Positions 9,939-19,051 of a stretch of 64,000 nucleotides of DNA are shown piece after piece. Each line of letters opens with the position of its first letter. Within the stretch, counting starts at the first letter, position 1. The translations under genes and the position numbers were made by a program. Under the pieces are notes generated by a model that worked only from the letters and a program-made list of their open reading frames with translations, was not told where the DNA came from and ran no database searches. The DNA lies in the UHGV virus genome UHGV-1430452; one strand, given 5' to 3'. The stretch comes from a virus.

Positions 9939-10512
9939 CTACCTCGCTGTAACTTCCGTAATCTCTAAGGATTTCGTAATATGACTTAAAATTAGGATTT
10001 TTGATATACACAGTATCGTCTTCATACTCTCCGAAATGGGAAGCGAAATCCTCTCCTACCATCTCGTCAATATTACCAATTATTCTGTCACGTTCATCCG
10101 CGAGCACTCCATCACCTTCATAATATGTCAGAGTGATCATCGGATAATCCTGCTCCCATGTCTCTTCTGGAGCAATTACTTCAGGTCCGCCCATGTCATC
10201 TGCTTCCTCCTTTTCTTTCTCTTTCATAGCCTGCTCGTTAATATAACCGAGCTCCTGTACTTTATCTCTGATTTCCTGAACAGTAAGTTTATCCGGATTT
10301 TCAATACCATCTTTTAAACCTTCCGTTAAAGCCTCTCCAACTTTTTTACAAGCTTTGCTCTCAGAATAGCGATCCCTAAGGAATTCATTCTCTTCGGTTT
10401 TGTCAGCAATGATCTGCTCGTACTTGGTTTTAACTAACTTCCATGTTACTACCGAACCGATTGCACCTCCAGCTAAGAATATCATTCCTTTAATTAATAA
10501 ATTCTTGTTCAT
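9919..10512 (-). CDS. hypothetical membrane-anchored protein
   Basis: 197 aa; N-terminal hydrophobic helix MIFLAGGAIGSVVTW; acidic C-terminus. Confidence 0.45.
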   Translation of the reverse strand: MNKNLLIKGMIFLAGGAIGSVVTWKLVKTKYEQIIADKTEENEFLRDRYSESKACKKVGEALTEGLKDGIENPDKLTVQEIRDKVQELGYINEQAMKEKEKEEADDMGGPEVIAPEETWEQDYPMITLTYYEGDGVLADERDRIIGNIDEMVGEDFASHFGEYEDDTVYIKNPNFKSYYEILRDYGSYSEVVGGDED

Positions 10513-10524
10513 TTGTTTCTCCTT

Positions 10525-10722
10525 TCACTCAGAGTATATAAGTTCGTACTCACCGCTATCATTTTGTTCCTCGTTTGGATCAGTCTTTACCGATAACACC
10601 GTCACTGCTAGTCCACCGAATAACAGTGAAATACTCATAAGAATCCCTCCTGCGATATGACGTCTTTTCTTTGTATTTAACGAATGGTCTATCATTGATA
10701 GAATTCTTCCGAGCTTCTCCAC
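10525..10722 (-). CDS. small membrane protein
   Basis: 65 aa; hydrophobic segment GILMSISLLFGGLAVTVL. Confidence 0.35.
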   Translation of the reverse strand: MEKLGRILSMIDHSLNTKKRRHIAGGILMSISLLFGGLAVTVLSVKTDPNEEQNDSGEYELIYSE

Positions 10723-10866
10723 TTATATCTCTCCCTTTGTTTTATTTAGTTGCTGTTGTAGTTTTTAAAATATGCGAATTCCCCTCAATAGGATGAGTAA
10801 GAATCATAAGTCCACTGACAAAACAAATCCCAGCAATAGTGGCAAACGTAATTGATAACTTTTCTT

Positions 10867-11118
10867 TCACGTTAAGTCAGTCCTTTCATTCTTTTCGAAC
10901 GGATTTGGTTGCAACGCTAAAACAAAGTAGTCATCGACGATTTTAGCACCTTTTACTTTGCCGATTTCAATCATTGCTTTAACTGTTGCAGTTCCACAAT
11001 TCCATCTCACAGCTGCTTTTTCTGCTGAGATAAATAACGGCGTAAGATTCTGACTGAATAACTCTTTGTCTTCCAAACCGTTCTCCAAAATATAAATGAT
11101 TAACTCTCTACCGGTCAT
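10867..11118 (-). CDS. hypothetical protein
   Basis: 83-aa ORF. Confidence 0.4.
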   Translation of the reverse strand: MTGRELIIYILENGLEDKELFSQNLTPLFISAEKAAVRWNCGTATVKAMIEIGKVKGAKIVDDYFVLALQPNPFEKNERTDLT

Positions 11119-11270
11119 AAATCTCTCTCCATTTTTGATATATACTCTTCAGGAAATATGGAATCGATAGACTTCAAGATGTCATTTAGATCATCTTCAT
11201 CCATCGGTTCACTTAGAGTACAGGCTACTGCAATTTTTAAGTTATTGAGTCTTTCTCGTAAATCGGTCAT
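11115..11270 (-). CDS. small hypothetical protein (51 aa), found by eye
   Basis: ATG with RBS GGAG; stop TGA overlaps the ATG of the next gene (ATGA junction). Confidence 0.3.
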   Translation of the reverse strand: MTDLRERLNNLKIAVACTLSEPMDEDDLNDILKSIDSIFPEEYISKMERDL

Positions 11271-11373
11271 TCAATTCTCCTTATACTTACCCTCAGCCTC
11301 ATGCACGAAGCCAAGGGTAGTCAAACATATCTCTGTAGGGATTCCCAGACCCGAGATTATCGAGTCCTGACAT

Positions 11374-12312
11374 TCAAATCATGTTGAGAATATCCCCATC
11401 CACATTGAAATCAAGAAGAATAGTTCTCTCATAACCGTTCACGAAGTTACGATTTGCCTCGTTGTAAGTGTTATAGATTCCGAAATCTACGAAATTATCA
11501 CCTACTGGATGTTTCTCGTCATAAATCCATCCAACAATCTGACCTGCCTGTGTACGCGGGATTCCGAGCATATCATATACTTCATTCAGGAACAGATGAC
11601 CTTTCGTTTTCAACATGTCATTTGCATAACGCTGCTGATCTTTAAGGAACATTAGATTGAATTCAGGATCTTTAGTCCATCCTGTACATCCATCATCGAA
11701 GAATTTAGCATAATCGCTGTAACTGTCGAGAGTTGCTACATTTGCTGTTTTCTTAACAGTAGTTTCTGTACCATCTTCATTTACAACAGTCTCTTCGATT
11801 TCTTTTGCTTTGATGTTGTACTTCAGTTCTTTATCAAGCTCTTCACCAAATCTCTCAATAACACGACCACGATATTCCTTGAAGCCTTTGTCAATAGTTG
11901 CATAAGCGGCTGCAAGTGCTAAGTTACGTTTACGAAGAATATGATGACCACTAAGAATAGCAGCGATAGAAACTGTTCCAAGGATTACTGCTGGAGCATA
12001 AAGTTTTGCTACCTTTACGGCTGTTTGAGTATACATGATAGTTAAATCTTTCTTACCATCTTCTTCTGTGTACTCTTTACCTTCTGGAACCATATCTGGA
12101 TTTTCCATAAATTCATGAATTTTCTCGATTTTTTCTTTTGGCTCAGCGAGCACCTCATCGAGTTTAGTAGTTGCTTTACATGCCATTACAGCAGAGCCAA
12201 CTACACCAACAATACCTGCGCCAACCAAGATTTCAGGGCTATGCTTTTTAAATTTAAAACCTACACGATGGAGGCTTCTAGTTACTGTGTTCATAATTTC
12301 TAATTTTGCCAT
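11374..12312 (-). CDS. Membrane protein, paralog family member 1 (two hydrophobic helices near N-terminus)
   Basis: 312 aa; shares SPEIL-hydrophobic-VKAT N-terminus and C-terminal G..GW region with 14387..15214 and 16675..17451. Confidence 0.55.
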   Translation of the reverse strand: MAKLEIMNTVTRSLHRVGFKFKKHSPEILVGAGIVGVVGSAVMACKATTKLDEVLAEPKEKIEKIHEFMENPDMVPEGKEYTEEDGKKDLTIMYTQTAVKVAKLYAPAVILGTVSIAAILSGHHILRKRNLALAAAYATIDKGFKEYRGRVIERFGEELDKELKYNIKAKEIEETVVNEDGTETTVKKTANVATLDSYSDYAKFFDDGCTGWTKDPEFNLMFLKDQQRYANDMLKTKGHLFLNEVYDMLGIPRTQAGQIVGWIYDEKHPVGDNFVDFGIYNTYNEANRNFVNGYERTILLDFNVDGDILNMI

Positions 12313-12314
12313 GA

Positions 12315-12761
12315 TTATTTACTCTCCTTTTCTAATTCTTTACAAAATTCCATTAAACTTTTACCGCGAATAAGAATATCGTTTGGTGTTAAAACAATAT
12401 CAGGTTCCTTGCTCTTATTCGGATTCTCAACATATTCAATAAGCCTATTGAGATACCACTGAGCTTTCTTTAAGTCCTCAATGCCGTTTTTCTTTTTCCA
12501 GCGACATAAATACTTCATTGCATTACCTGTACAAAATGCTTCTAATCCGTTAAGACCATCACAAAAGGCCTCGATAACGTCGATAGTTTCGAGACCTGAT
12601 TTTGACTGATAATGATCCGGATGATTCACCATATCGTTTTTGGCAACCCATTGTGTCGGAATACAAAAAGGATCATCGCTCGTTATACAGTGTTTACAAG
12701 CTTCCGATCCCATTGTACGACCACAATTGTCACAATCATATTTGCTTTTTGTTATACTCAT
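12315..12761 (-). CDS. DUF3310-like phage protein with N-terminal zinc-ribbon
   Basis: 148 aa; CDNCG...CKHC then HPDHY...IDVIEAF...GNAMKYLCRW...DLKKAQWYL pattern, recalled from memory as typical of DUF3310. Confidence 0.55.
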   Translation of the reverse strand: MSITKSKYDCDNCGRTMGSEACKHCITSDDPFCIPTQWVAKNDMVNHPDHYQSKSGLETIDVIEAFCDGLNGLEAFCTGNAMKYLCRWKKKNGIEDLKKAQWYLNRLIEYVENPNKSKEPDIVLTPNDILIRGKSLMEFCKELEKESK

Positions 12762-12771
12762 AGTTTTCCTT

Positions 12772-13080
12772 TCAAATATAATCTTTTACCTTCTTGCCAG
12801 TGTTATAAATCTCTCGTTCGATTCCTAGACCAAAAGGTAATCTAACACTCTCTAATTCAGACAGCATTACATAACCCCATTCCCATTCAAAAAGATGACA
12901 ATAACCGTATAATAACCAGTCACCGTCATCTTGTTTTTCACCTTCTGTAATTAACCAGGTACCTGTTCCAGTTGGATTAAAATACTTAACTACTACATCA
13001 GCTTCTTCCATCTTTCCTTCCTGAGAACCAATCGGATAATTTTCAAAAGTTTTCTCCAATTCATCGGTCATTAGTAGCAT
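12772..13080 (-). CDS. hypothetical protein
   Basis: 102-aa ORF. Confidence 0.4.
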   Translation of the reverse strand: MLLMTDELEKTFENYPIGSQEGKMEEADVVVKYFNPTGTGTWLITEGEKQDDGDWLLYGYCHLFEWEWGYVMLSELESVRLPFGLGIEREIYNTGKKVKDYI

Positions 13081-13112
13081 CGTAACGACACATCCTTATT
13101 GTGTATTTTTAT

Positions 13113-13721
13113 TTAGTCAATTGGCATAGCTTTTGGCAACTTAAGAACATATCCATCTTTAATTCTCACAGTCTCGGCAGTACGAATGTTTGTCCATCCG
13201 TATTTGTTACTTGTATACGGTGCTGGAAGAGCAGCCATATCATACATATCAGCTACAGTAACAAAGCCATATGTGTCTATAAGATCTACCATCTGTTCTC
13301 TTACAGCCTCACATTCACCGCGAGAATCAAACACAAGATCATCATAATCAAACCGGCCTTTTGCACGTAGACCACCATCACGTCGATCGTCTTTCTTATC
13401 GTCATAATAACTTCGGTAAGATATCTTGTTCCCAGTCTTACGCTTATTACTTCCAGAACCGCCGTAAAGAATCATGTCGGCACCATCAGTAACAATATCC
13501 AAGATTGCTTTCTTAATTGCTGGAATCAAAACATCCAAGACAATATATGATTTAACATTAGCTGCATCTTCGGAAATGAACATGCTTGCTAATTTACGTC
13601 CTTCGTTTTTCTTCGTTTTCACTTTACCATTAACAACTTTCTGCACCCTCTTTTCTTTCGTAGGCGCTTCAGTTGCTTTTTCTTCTTTGCTCTTATGAGA
13701 ATTCGGTTGATATTCTCTCAT
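13113..13721 (-). CDS. hypothetical protein, basic N-terminal region
   Basis: 202-aa ORF. Confidence 0.45.
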   Translation of the reverse strand: MREYQPNSHKSKEEKATEAPTKEKRVQKVVNGKVKTKKNEGRKLASMFISEDAANVKSYIVLDVLIPAIKKAILDIVTDGADMILYGGSGSNKRKTGNKISYRSYYDDKKDDRRDGGLRAKGRFDYDDLVFDSRGECEAVREQMVDLIDTYGFVTVADMYDMAALPAPYTSNKYGWTNIRTAETVRIKDGYVLKLPKAMPID

Positions 13722-13735
13722 TTTCTTATCACCTC

Positions 13736-13939
13736 TTAATTAACCATTTTGATTTCACCAGGCAATGTTATCCTCACACCTGGCAATAAATTTAATTGTT
13801 TCTTAGCCTGATAAGTTAAGTTACTCCTGGCTTTTTGTTTTGATGAAGCACTTGTTTCACCCTTCCAACGATCGATCATGCATTTATCAAACGACATTAC
13901 AGGACCTTCGTATGTGTATTTGTCATACTCTTCGTTCAT
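13736..13939 (-). CDS. hypothetical protein
   Basis: 67-aa ORF. Confidence 0.35.
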   Translation of the reverse strand: MNEEYDKYTYEGPVMSFDKCMIDRWKGETSASSKQKARSNLTYQAKKQLNLLPGVRITLPGEIKMVN

Positions 13940-14011
13940 TGTTACCTCCTAGAAACAAAAAGAGAAGAGTCCCATAATTGAGACCCGTCTCTTTTTCGAA
14001 TACTTTAAATG

Positions 14012-14359
14012 TTATTTCTCGGCTGCTTCCTCGTCGATTTCTTCCTCGATAACGGATTCATCTTCAGGTTCATCAACCTCTTCAACCTCGACCCATTTCA
14101 GTCTTTTCTTGGCTTTCTTCTTTTTAGGCTGCTCGTCTTTCTTTTTGGATTTGATTTTCTTGTAAGCTGCTGCTCCTAATGCAACTGCTCCAGCAATCAA
14201 TCCTACTGTCAGACCGATAGCCTTTCCAGATCCACCTTCTTCTACTGAATAGTCTTCCGGCTCCAGGTCAATAACCTCAACCTCGTTATCCATTACTTCG
14301 TCTTTGATTTCGCTCATAGCAAGATCCTCCTTTAAAATAATTTTAAGTATTTTCTTCAT
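14012..14359 (-). CDS. hypothetical membrane protein with acidic termini and basic KKKAKK stretch
   Basis: 115 aa; central hydrophobic helix GLTVGLIAGAVALGAAA. Confidence 0.4.
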   Translation of the reverse strand: MKKILKIILKEDLAMSEIKDEVMDNEVEVIDLEPEDYSVEEGGSGKAIGLTVGLIAGAVALGAAAYKKIKSKKKDEQPKKKKAKKRLKWVEVEEVDEPEDESVIEEEIDEEAAEK

Positions 14360-14386
14360 AAAGCACTGTGTATTTTTCGCGTATGA

Positions 14387-15214
14387 TTAATAGTAGCTAT
14401 CGAAACCATATTCCGGAGGCATCAGATGATCAATAACAATACACGGTTCATTATCTTCCGTAATTTGAGCACTATATCTCACATCGATTTTGCCTTTATC
14501 GATTCTCCAACCGATGCTATTACCAACTTCGGTATGCTTAAGACCAATTTCGTCATAGAAATCATTCAGAGAAATATACATCTCGTTACCGTTGATCATT
14601 CTCTCATTAAGAGTAAGAACAGCATTTTTAATCTTGTCGATATCCGATCTGAAATATCTGTCGGAATGACTGTCATAACACAACGTGTTACCTTTACCTG
14701 TCATGATAATCTGAGTGTCTGCAACCGGATGTTCTTCAACTTGCTTCTTAGCGACTTTATCTCTGATGTTATTTTCCTTCTTCTCTCCGATAGTCTCTAC
14801 CACTTTCTCTCTGTAGTCAGACAGTGCTGTTGTAGATAACTGATATGCTGTTGCCAATGCTGCGTTACGTCTTACATGTACGGAATTAGCACCGATAAGA
14901 CAAGCGACTGACGCAATGCCAGTGATAGCTGCTGGAATATAAGGTTTCCAAGCTGCTTTTACTGTTTCGACAGGTGTGAGATTTAAAGCGTTTCTTTCGT
15001 CTTCTTCTGTGAAAATACCGCCTTCATGAGCTTCTTTCTCTTTAAACTTCTTCTCTTCCTCGATTAACTCCATAGCTTTTGGTGTTGCTTTTACTGCAAG
15101 CACAACAGTAGATATCATACCTGCGATACCAATGCCAGTAAGAATTTCCGGACTGCGTTTTTTCATTACATATTTTGCAGTGTTTAAAAATTTTGTTACA
15201 TTTGGTTTGTTCAT
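14387..15214 (-). CDS. Membrane protein, paralog family member 2
   Basis: 275 aa; paralog of 11374..12312 and 16675..17451. Confidence 0.55.
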   Translation of the reverse strand: MNKPNVTKFLNTAKYVMKKRSPEILTGIGIAGMISTVVLAVKATPKAMELIEEEKKFKEKEAHEGGIFTEEDERNALNLTPVETVKAAWKPYIPAAITGIASVACLIGANSVHVRRNAALATAYQLSTTALSDYREKVVETIGEKKENNIRDKVAKKQVEEHPVADTQIIMTGKGNTLCYDSHSDRYFRSDIDKIKNAVLTLNERMINGNEMYISLNDFYDEIGLKHTEVGNSIGWRIDKGKIDVRYSAQITEDNEPCIVIDHLMPPEYGFDSYY

Positions 15215-15303
15215 TTTTTATCTCCTTTCATGAACAGTTAAATTGTTTTTACCAAAAATCCCACTCGGGAAAATTTTGATCTTGAAAAAATAGAAATCGA
15301 AAA

Positions 15304-15375
15304 GAAACAGTGTAGGACTCGAACCCACAACCTACAGATATAAGTCTGTTGCTCTACCAATTGAGCTAACTGTTT
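15304..15375 (-). tRNA. Probable tRNA; anticodon region reads CUUAUA (possibly UAU, Ile/AUA) but the loop looks one nt short in my manual fold
   Basis: Acceptor stem AAACAGT/ACTGTTT, D-arm GCTC/GAGC, T-arm GTGGG-TTCGAGT-CCTAC all pair; anticodon stem ACAGA/TCTGT. Confidence 0.55.
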
Positions 15376-15709
15376 CTTCTCATAATAGCGCTTGTAAATT
15401 TCGCGAATATAGATCTTCAGAAACAAAAAAGAAGAACCCCGAAGGATTCTCCTAGACTTTCTTCTGAAGCTCAGAAACTGCTTTCTTCAACTCTTCAAAC
15501 TCCTTTTCTTTTTTCTGATCTGATAATGCACCTGCTATAGCCATAATACCTGTTACTACAACACCTGCATATTTTCCGACAGACTTCAGAAGCGGATTAT
15601 TGATAATACCTTTGAATTTCATTTTTCTCGTCTCCTTTCTTCATTCCATTAAAGGAAATGTTTTTGTCGCGATACCGGTTTCGCTATATCAAAATATCAT
15701 CGTTTATCG

Positions 15710-16198
15710 TCACCCGTGTATGGGTAAATCCATTTTGATTTTGTCAGGATTCATAATGAGGATACTATCGCAGTCCCAGCCATACAGATCCCAATATAAC
15801 TGATGATCAGCTGATAAATTTAACTCGATGGCATCATAGCCAAGTTCAATGCATTTCTCGAAATCTATCAGTGTACTTATTGATTTCCATACCGGGTCAG
15901 CAATTGTTGGAAGTTCCTTTAATTTTTCTACGGAATCTATAACGAATATATTGGCTTCCGGAAGAGTGAATATGAAACTATTTTCTTCAATACATTCACG
16001 AAAATTTTCTCTTTCACACCAGTCTTTCCAACCTAATTTGGCATCTATCGGACTAGCCCAAAGACCTCCTCTAGGTTTAACCCAGCATTGCTCATTTTGA
16101 ATAGGTTTAAATAAGTTTGGATTAAAAGTTGCATGTCCGTAATGAATATAAATCTTGTCTTGCATATTACTATCCTTTCGTTCAAAAACATATGTCAC
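15710..16198 (-). CDS. hypothetical protein
   Basis: 162-aa ORF. Confidence 0.45.
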   Translation of the reverse strand: MTYVFERKDSNMQDKIYIHYGHATFNPNLFKPIQNEQCWVKPRGGLWASPIDAKLGWKDWCERENFRECIEENSFIFTLPEANIFVIDSVEKLKELPTIADPVWKSISTLIDFEKCIELGYDAIELNLSADHQLYWDLYGWDCDSILIMNPDKIKMDLPIHG

Positions 16199-16223
16199 TT
16201 AGTAACAAAAAGAAAAGAGGCCC

Positions 16224-16427
16224 CTATTTCAGGACCTCAAATTTCTCTTTTTTATTTTTCTTGATTTTATTCTCAACGGATTCTTTCCATTGATTCGCTT
16301 TAGTTGCCACTGCCTGTCTGACTTCTGGAATAGCAAGTGCCGAACCGACAACCGTTACTGCCGGCACAACAATCTGTCCAATCCAAAGTCTTACTTCTCT
16401 CATAGCATCAATATTTTTGCGTTTCAT
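16224..16427 (-). CDS. small hypothetical protein with hydrophobic segment
   Basis: 67 aa. Confidence 0.35.
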   Translation of the reverse strand: MKRKNIDAMREVRLWIGQIVVPAVTVVGSALAIPEVRQAVATKANQWKESVENKIKKNKKEKFEVLK

Positions 16428-16478
16428 AGTTTTATCCTCCTTTAAAAATATAATCTTTTCATTAAAGGCGTTGTTTAT

Positions 16479-16694
16479 TTAGCGAGTGTAATGGATATGC
16501 TCATTGTTTAATTCGTCGAGATGTTTAATAAAATCTAAATATCTTTTATTTCGTCTATTCTCCACAAAGTTTATAACTAACCAAGCAATCCCTACGATAG
16601 GCAAGCCAACGAATACTAATAGAAATAGTAAGCATGTAATCATAGAAACAAGCGTATTCATAAATCTTCTCCTTTCAATACTCTTCGTAATCAA
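16479..16694 (-). CDS. small membrane protein
   Basis: 71 aa; hydrophobic CLLFLLVFVGLPIVGIAWLV. Confidence 0.4.
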   Translation of the reverse strand: MITKSIERRRFMNTLVSMITCLLFLLVFVGLPIVGIAWLVINFVENRRNKRYLDFIKHLDELNNEHIHYTR

Positions 16695-17451
16695 TGAACG
16701 GCTCTGTGAAATCTACAATATAACATTCAATACCGTCGTCCATTTCTACTTTTGTATGGTGGAAATATAGCCAACCATCCCAGTACATTTCATACATCTG
16801 AGCTGCGGACCAACCCATAAATTCACCGTAATCCTGTCGATCAATCTCTAGTAAATCGTAATAATCGTTTAAAGATGCACCACCGGATTGAGATAGCATT
16901 TTATTAATCTCATACTCTGCTCTCAATTGAGTTTCTTTCGTCACACGGTAATAACGTTTGGAATATTCATCGTAGAATAGTGTTTTGCCATCCTCGTATT
17001 CGTCGTCATATTCTTCTTTGTCTTCTTCCTCGTAATGGTCTTTTGCTACAGCAGCACGAATGAGTTTGTCTCCGTCTTCACCATATAACTTTTTAACTTT
17101 GTTTTTGTACTCTTTGTGAGTTTGGTCTAGTAAGGCATAAGCAGATGCGATGGCTGCTTGGGAATGTTTGTTTAATAGATTCGCGCCAAATATGCAAGCT
17201 AGGGTTCCTGTTCCAATCAATAAGGAAGGAATATATGTTGGTCCTGCTACTCGAATAGTCTCCCATTTTGTTAATTCATCTCCTTTCTCTTCTTCAGCTA
17301 GTTCAATAAGTTCCATTGCTTTCGGAGTAGCTTTAACCGCCATTACAGCTGTACCTACCACTCCGGCAGCTCCTAATACTGTTAATATAGTAGAGCTGTT
17401 TTTCTTTACGAATCTTTTCGAAACTGTTAGTAAGTCATTCATTTCCAGCAC
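16675..17451 (-). CDS. Membrane protein, paralog family member 3
   Basis: 258 aa; paralog of 11374..12312 and 14387..15214. Confidence 0.55.
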   Translation of the reverse strand: MLEMNDLLTVSKRFVKKNSSTILTVLGAAGVVGTAVMAVKATPKAMELIELAEEEKGDELTKWETIRVAGPTYIPSLLIGTGTLACIFGANLLNKHSQAAIASAYALLDQTHKEYKNKVKKLYGEDGDKLIRAAVAKDHYEEEDKEEYDDEYEDGKTLFYDEYSKRYYRVTKETQLRAEYEINKMLSQSGGASLNDYYDLLEIDRQDYGEFMGWSAAQMYEMYWDGWLYFHHTKVEMDDGIECYIVDFTEPFIDYEEY

Positions 17452-17563
17452 GCTCCTTGGCGATAAATTTGGTAAAAATAAAAAGAGAAAGAAAAGAGTC
17501 AGCTTGTTGTGTAAACCAAGTCTAACTCAATTCTTTTTGTCATTATCCGAAATAACAATATCC

Positions 17564-17590
17564 CATAACAGGTGATGTAATTTTCGCGAA
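17564..17590 (-). promoter_or_regulatory. Instance of conserved promoter-like motif
   Basis: CATAACAGGTGATGTAATTTTCGCGAA. Confidence 0.5.
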
Positions 17591-17593
17591 TCC

Positions 17594-17824
17594 CTACTGC
17601 TCAAAAAATAAAACTACATCTACCGGATCTTTGAAGTGCTGCTCCTCCACTACTTCTTTAAATTCTTCAAATGATTCCGGTTCGTATTCTTGTAAATATA
17701 AAATCTGTTCAAGCAATCTTCCGTAAAATCCTTGAGAATTAGATAGCATTTTTACCACACCAATGACTTGTTCAACATCATAACCGTCTGCTTTCTTTTC
17801 CATAGCGTTTGCCATTTTGAACAC
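17594..17824 (-). CDS. hypothetical protein
   Basis: 76 aa; preceded by a long GC-richer leader. Confidence 0.4.
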   Translation of the reverse strand: MFKMANAMEKKADGYDVEQVIGVVKMLSNSQGFYGRLLEQILYLQEYEPESFEEFKEVVEEQHFKDPVDVVLFFEQ

Positions 17825-17993
17825 TCCTTTAATTGGTTTTTGATAAAAATAAAAAGAGAATACAATGACTTCAGGGTCGGCCCAACGAAAACCGTTGCCC
17901 GGTGGGTAGCATGTTTTATTACGTTATTACGTGCCGCTACGCCTTCGTGTCTCACCACTGGATTTCCACCAGTATCTATCCATTGCTTTCTCT

Positions 17994-18020
17994 CATAATA
18001 GGTGATGTAATTTTCGCGAA
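17994..18020 (-). promoter_or_regulatory. Instance of conserved promoter-like motif (minus-strand TTCGCGAAAATTACATCACCTATTATG)
   Basis: -10-like TATTAT and palindromic TTCGCGAA core; one of about 20 copies. Confidence 0.5.
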
Positions 18021-18047
18021 TAGAAAAAGAAAATGCCTAGTTTTTAA

Positions 18048-18311
18048 CTAGACAAATTCTTTAATAATTATTGTTCCACCAACTACATCGATTTTTATTT
18101 TATTCATCGCTTTCAACATACTAGCCACTTTTTGCACTGGTAACTTACTTGTGAAACCATAGAACACCAAGTCGCCCATGGTATATACATGCCCTACTGA
18201 ATACTTAACTTCAATATCGGCTGTATATTTGCCAAGGCAATCCATTGCTCCTAAATTTTTCACAACTTCGTTTTTATTCGCGCATAAAGTAATTTCATAT
18301 TTAGTAAACAT
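18048..18311 (-). CDS. hypothetical protein
   Basis: 87 aa; conserved motif 18347..18373 and RBS AAGGAGG upstream. Confidence 0.45.
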   Translation of the reverse strand: MFTKYEITLCANKNEVVKNLGAMDCLGKYTADIEVKYSVGHVYTMGDLVFYGFTSKLPVQKVASMLKAMNKIKIDVVGGTIIIKEFV

Positions 18312-18346
18312 ATAAATTCCTCCTTATTCGATTTCATTGTTTTTCT

Positions 18347-18373
18347 CATAATAGGTGATGTAATTTTCGCGAA
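18347..18373 (-). promoter_or_regulatory. Instance of conserved promoter-like motif
   Basis: Identical core CATAATAGGTGATGTAATTTTCGCGAA on the plus strand; 36 nt upstream of the ATG of 18048..18311. Confidence 0.5.
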
Positions 18374-18395
18374 AACAAAAGAGAAAGGGCCCATG

Positions 18396-18536
18396 TTACT
18401 GAGCCACTTTCGCTTTCTTATGATTTTTAACTGCTTTCTTAGAAACCTCTACTGCTTTATTCACTGCATCACTTGCCAAACTACCGACTACCAATCCGCC
18501 AGCAATCTCAATAATGTGTCTAACTAAAACATTCAT
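18396..18536 (-). CDS. small membrane peptide (46 aa), found by eye
   Basis: ATG with RBS GGAGGAATCT; hydrophobic IIEIAGGLVVGSLA; motif 18573..18599 upstream. Confidence 0.3.
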   Translation of the reverse strand: MNVLVRHIIEIAGGLVVGSLASDAVNKAVEVSKKAVKNHKKAKVAQ

Positions 18537-18629
18537 TTTAGATTCCTCCTGTTAAGCAATTTATTATCTTTCCATAATAGGACTTGTAATTTTCGCGAAT
18601 TAAAAGAAAAGACACCGTGTTTCAGGTGC

Positions 18630-18857
18630 CTAATCCTCTGAATCAACCATTTGTTCAATTTTCAGTAATACTTTCTGATCAATTTCTCCATCCGCATTGA
18701 TATGAAATCGTATTTTACCATCCTTCATCTCAGCTTCTATCTCACTAATACGGATGTCTGGTTTGACTCCAATATTTTTGTATATAGCTCTAGATATAAG
18801 TTTGGCTACCATACCTCTCATAAATCTAGTAGATAATTTAATTTTCATTTCGTCCAT
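18630..18857 (-). CDS. hypothetical protein
   Basis: 75 aa. Confidence 0.4.
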   Translation of the reverse strand: MDEMKIKLSTRFMRGMVAKLISRAIYKNIGVKPDIRISEIEAEMKDGKIRFHINADGEIDQKVLLKIEQMVDSED

Positions 18858-18943
18858 AATTACCTCCTCCTTCTAGGTTGTTTCCTATAATAGGGGAAGT
18901 TTAAGTCGCGAAAACAAAAGAAAGAGCAGTGGGTGACACCGCT

Positions 18944-19051
18944 CTAACTGTTTCTCAAAAATCGAATGAGAATCCATACAAGCCATAATCCTCCGGTTGC
19001 AAATACTAATACAAAGTCGATAAGCAATCCGAATAATCCACGCTTTTTCAT
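18944..19051 (-). CDS. small membrane peptide (35 aa), found by eye
   Basis: RBS GAAAGGAGAAG before ATG; hydrophobic LFGLLIDFVLVFATGGLWLVWILI; motif 19079..19103 upstream. Confidence 0.3.
   Translation of the reverse strand: MKKRGLFGLLIDFVLVFATGGLWLVWILIRFLRNS

Noticed and set aside
15238-15426. 62-aa minus-strand ORF
   Set aside because: Overlaps the tRNA and a conserved intergenic element; unlikely to be coding.
17752-17998. ORFs 17752..17958 (-) and 17768..17998 (+) within the GC-richer leader
   Set aside because: Overlap a real gene or lack an RBS; the region looks like structured non-coding RNA or leader sequence.
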